Shown: positions 40,609 to 41,179 of the stretch, piece by piece
Numbering within the stretch: position 1 is the first letter of the stretch
How the letters are laid out: each line of letters begins with the position of its first letter
Sequence record: DRR723986_1877
Reading direction: 5' to 3' (one strand)
Length of the DNA stretch: 41,179 nucleotides
Position numbers and translations under genes: made by a program
The notes under the pieces: generated by a model
The model's input: the letters and a program-made list of their open reading frames with translations, nothing else
What the model was told of the DNA's origin: nothing
The model's database searches: none

Positions 40609-41178
40609 TCAGATACCTGAGTCGATGATCGCCTTGGCCAGAATGGGCACGGATTTTGCGTTCAGACCGGCGATGTTCATGCGGCTGTCGCCAACCATGT
40701 AAATGCCGTGATCTGCGCGCAGTTTTTCGACCATCTCGGGCGTGGTACCCAGACGCGAGAACATGCCCCGGTGTTGGGCAAGGAAACCAAACCGATCCGA
40801 CCCGGACAGGCGCTGGAGTTCATCCGCCAATTGCTGACGCAAGGCCAGCATCGACAGGCGGGTTTCTTCCAGCTCTGCTTTCCAATCGGCGCAGAGTTCG
40901 GGGTTGTTCAGAATGGTGGTGACAACACGCGCGCCGTGATCTGGCGGGAACGAATAGTTCTGGCGGTTAAGGAACGACAGGGTCGCTTGGTTCAGCGCGG
41001 TCTGGCTGGCGTCATTGCTGACCGCCATCAACAGGCCGGTGCGTTCGCGGTAAACCCCAAAGTTCTTGGAGCAGGACGCCGCGATCAGGCATTCCTTGAC
41101 CGAGGAGGCCACCAGACGGGTCGCCTGTGCGTCTTCGTCGAGACCATCGCCAAAGCCCTGATAGGCAATGTCGATCAT
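40609..41178 (-). CDS. tyrB: Aromatic/aspartate aminotransferase, 3' part (5'-truncated by window)
   Basis: DIAYQGFGDG, SCSKNFGVYRERTG (PLP lysine), YSFPPDHGA, GMFS, SRMNIAGL. Confidence 0.88.
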   Translation of the reverse strand: MIDIAYQGFGDGLDEDAQATRLVASSVKECLIAASCSKNFGVYRERTGLLMAVSNDASQTALNQATLSFLNRQNYSFPPDHGARVVTTILNNPELCADWKAELEETRLSMLALRQQLADELQRLSGSDRFGFLAQHRGMFSRLGTTPEMVEKLRADHGIYMVGDSRMNIAGLNAKSVPILAKAIIDSGI

Positions 41179-41179
41179 C

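Overview
A gene-dense, GC-rich (roughly 55-60% by eye) stretch of alphaproteobacterial chromosome. Gene content and order point to a marine Roseobacter-group (Rhodobacteraceae) genome, by inference. It holds about 46 CDS, almost all housekeeping: the 3' part of a soeABC-type sulfite:quinone dehydrogenase operon, dapA, an Slt-type lytic transglycosylase, a split mnmD/MnmC-like oxidase pair, Ada-like and nth repair genes, rppH, fadH, a LysR, a CinA-like/GNAT/AhpD-like/OmpA operon, a TetR-SDR pair, sfsA-map, a reductase/rsmD/HAD group with a divergent peroxiredoxin, a RidA-GDPD-GNAT-PhhB operon, a type I secretion ABC+MFP pair, mlaA-mlaC, a class A PBP, glnK-amtB, a CHAP lipoprotein and the 3' end of a tyrB/aspC aminotransferase. 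I saw no rRNA, tRNA, CRISPR array, transposase, integrase or prophage, and I cannot support a clearly novel multi-gene system. The best unexplained signals are non-coding: a 400-bp convergent intergenic region after amtB with three pairs of direct repeats plus PhaR-like and NtrC-like boxes, a GC-rich multi-hairpin element at 14.0-14.2 kb, and a possible 3'-UTR sRNA behind the LysR gene. All calls come from motif recognition by eye; no database search was run.
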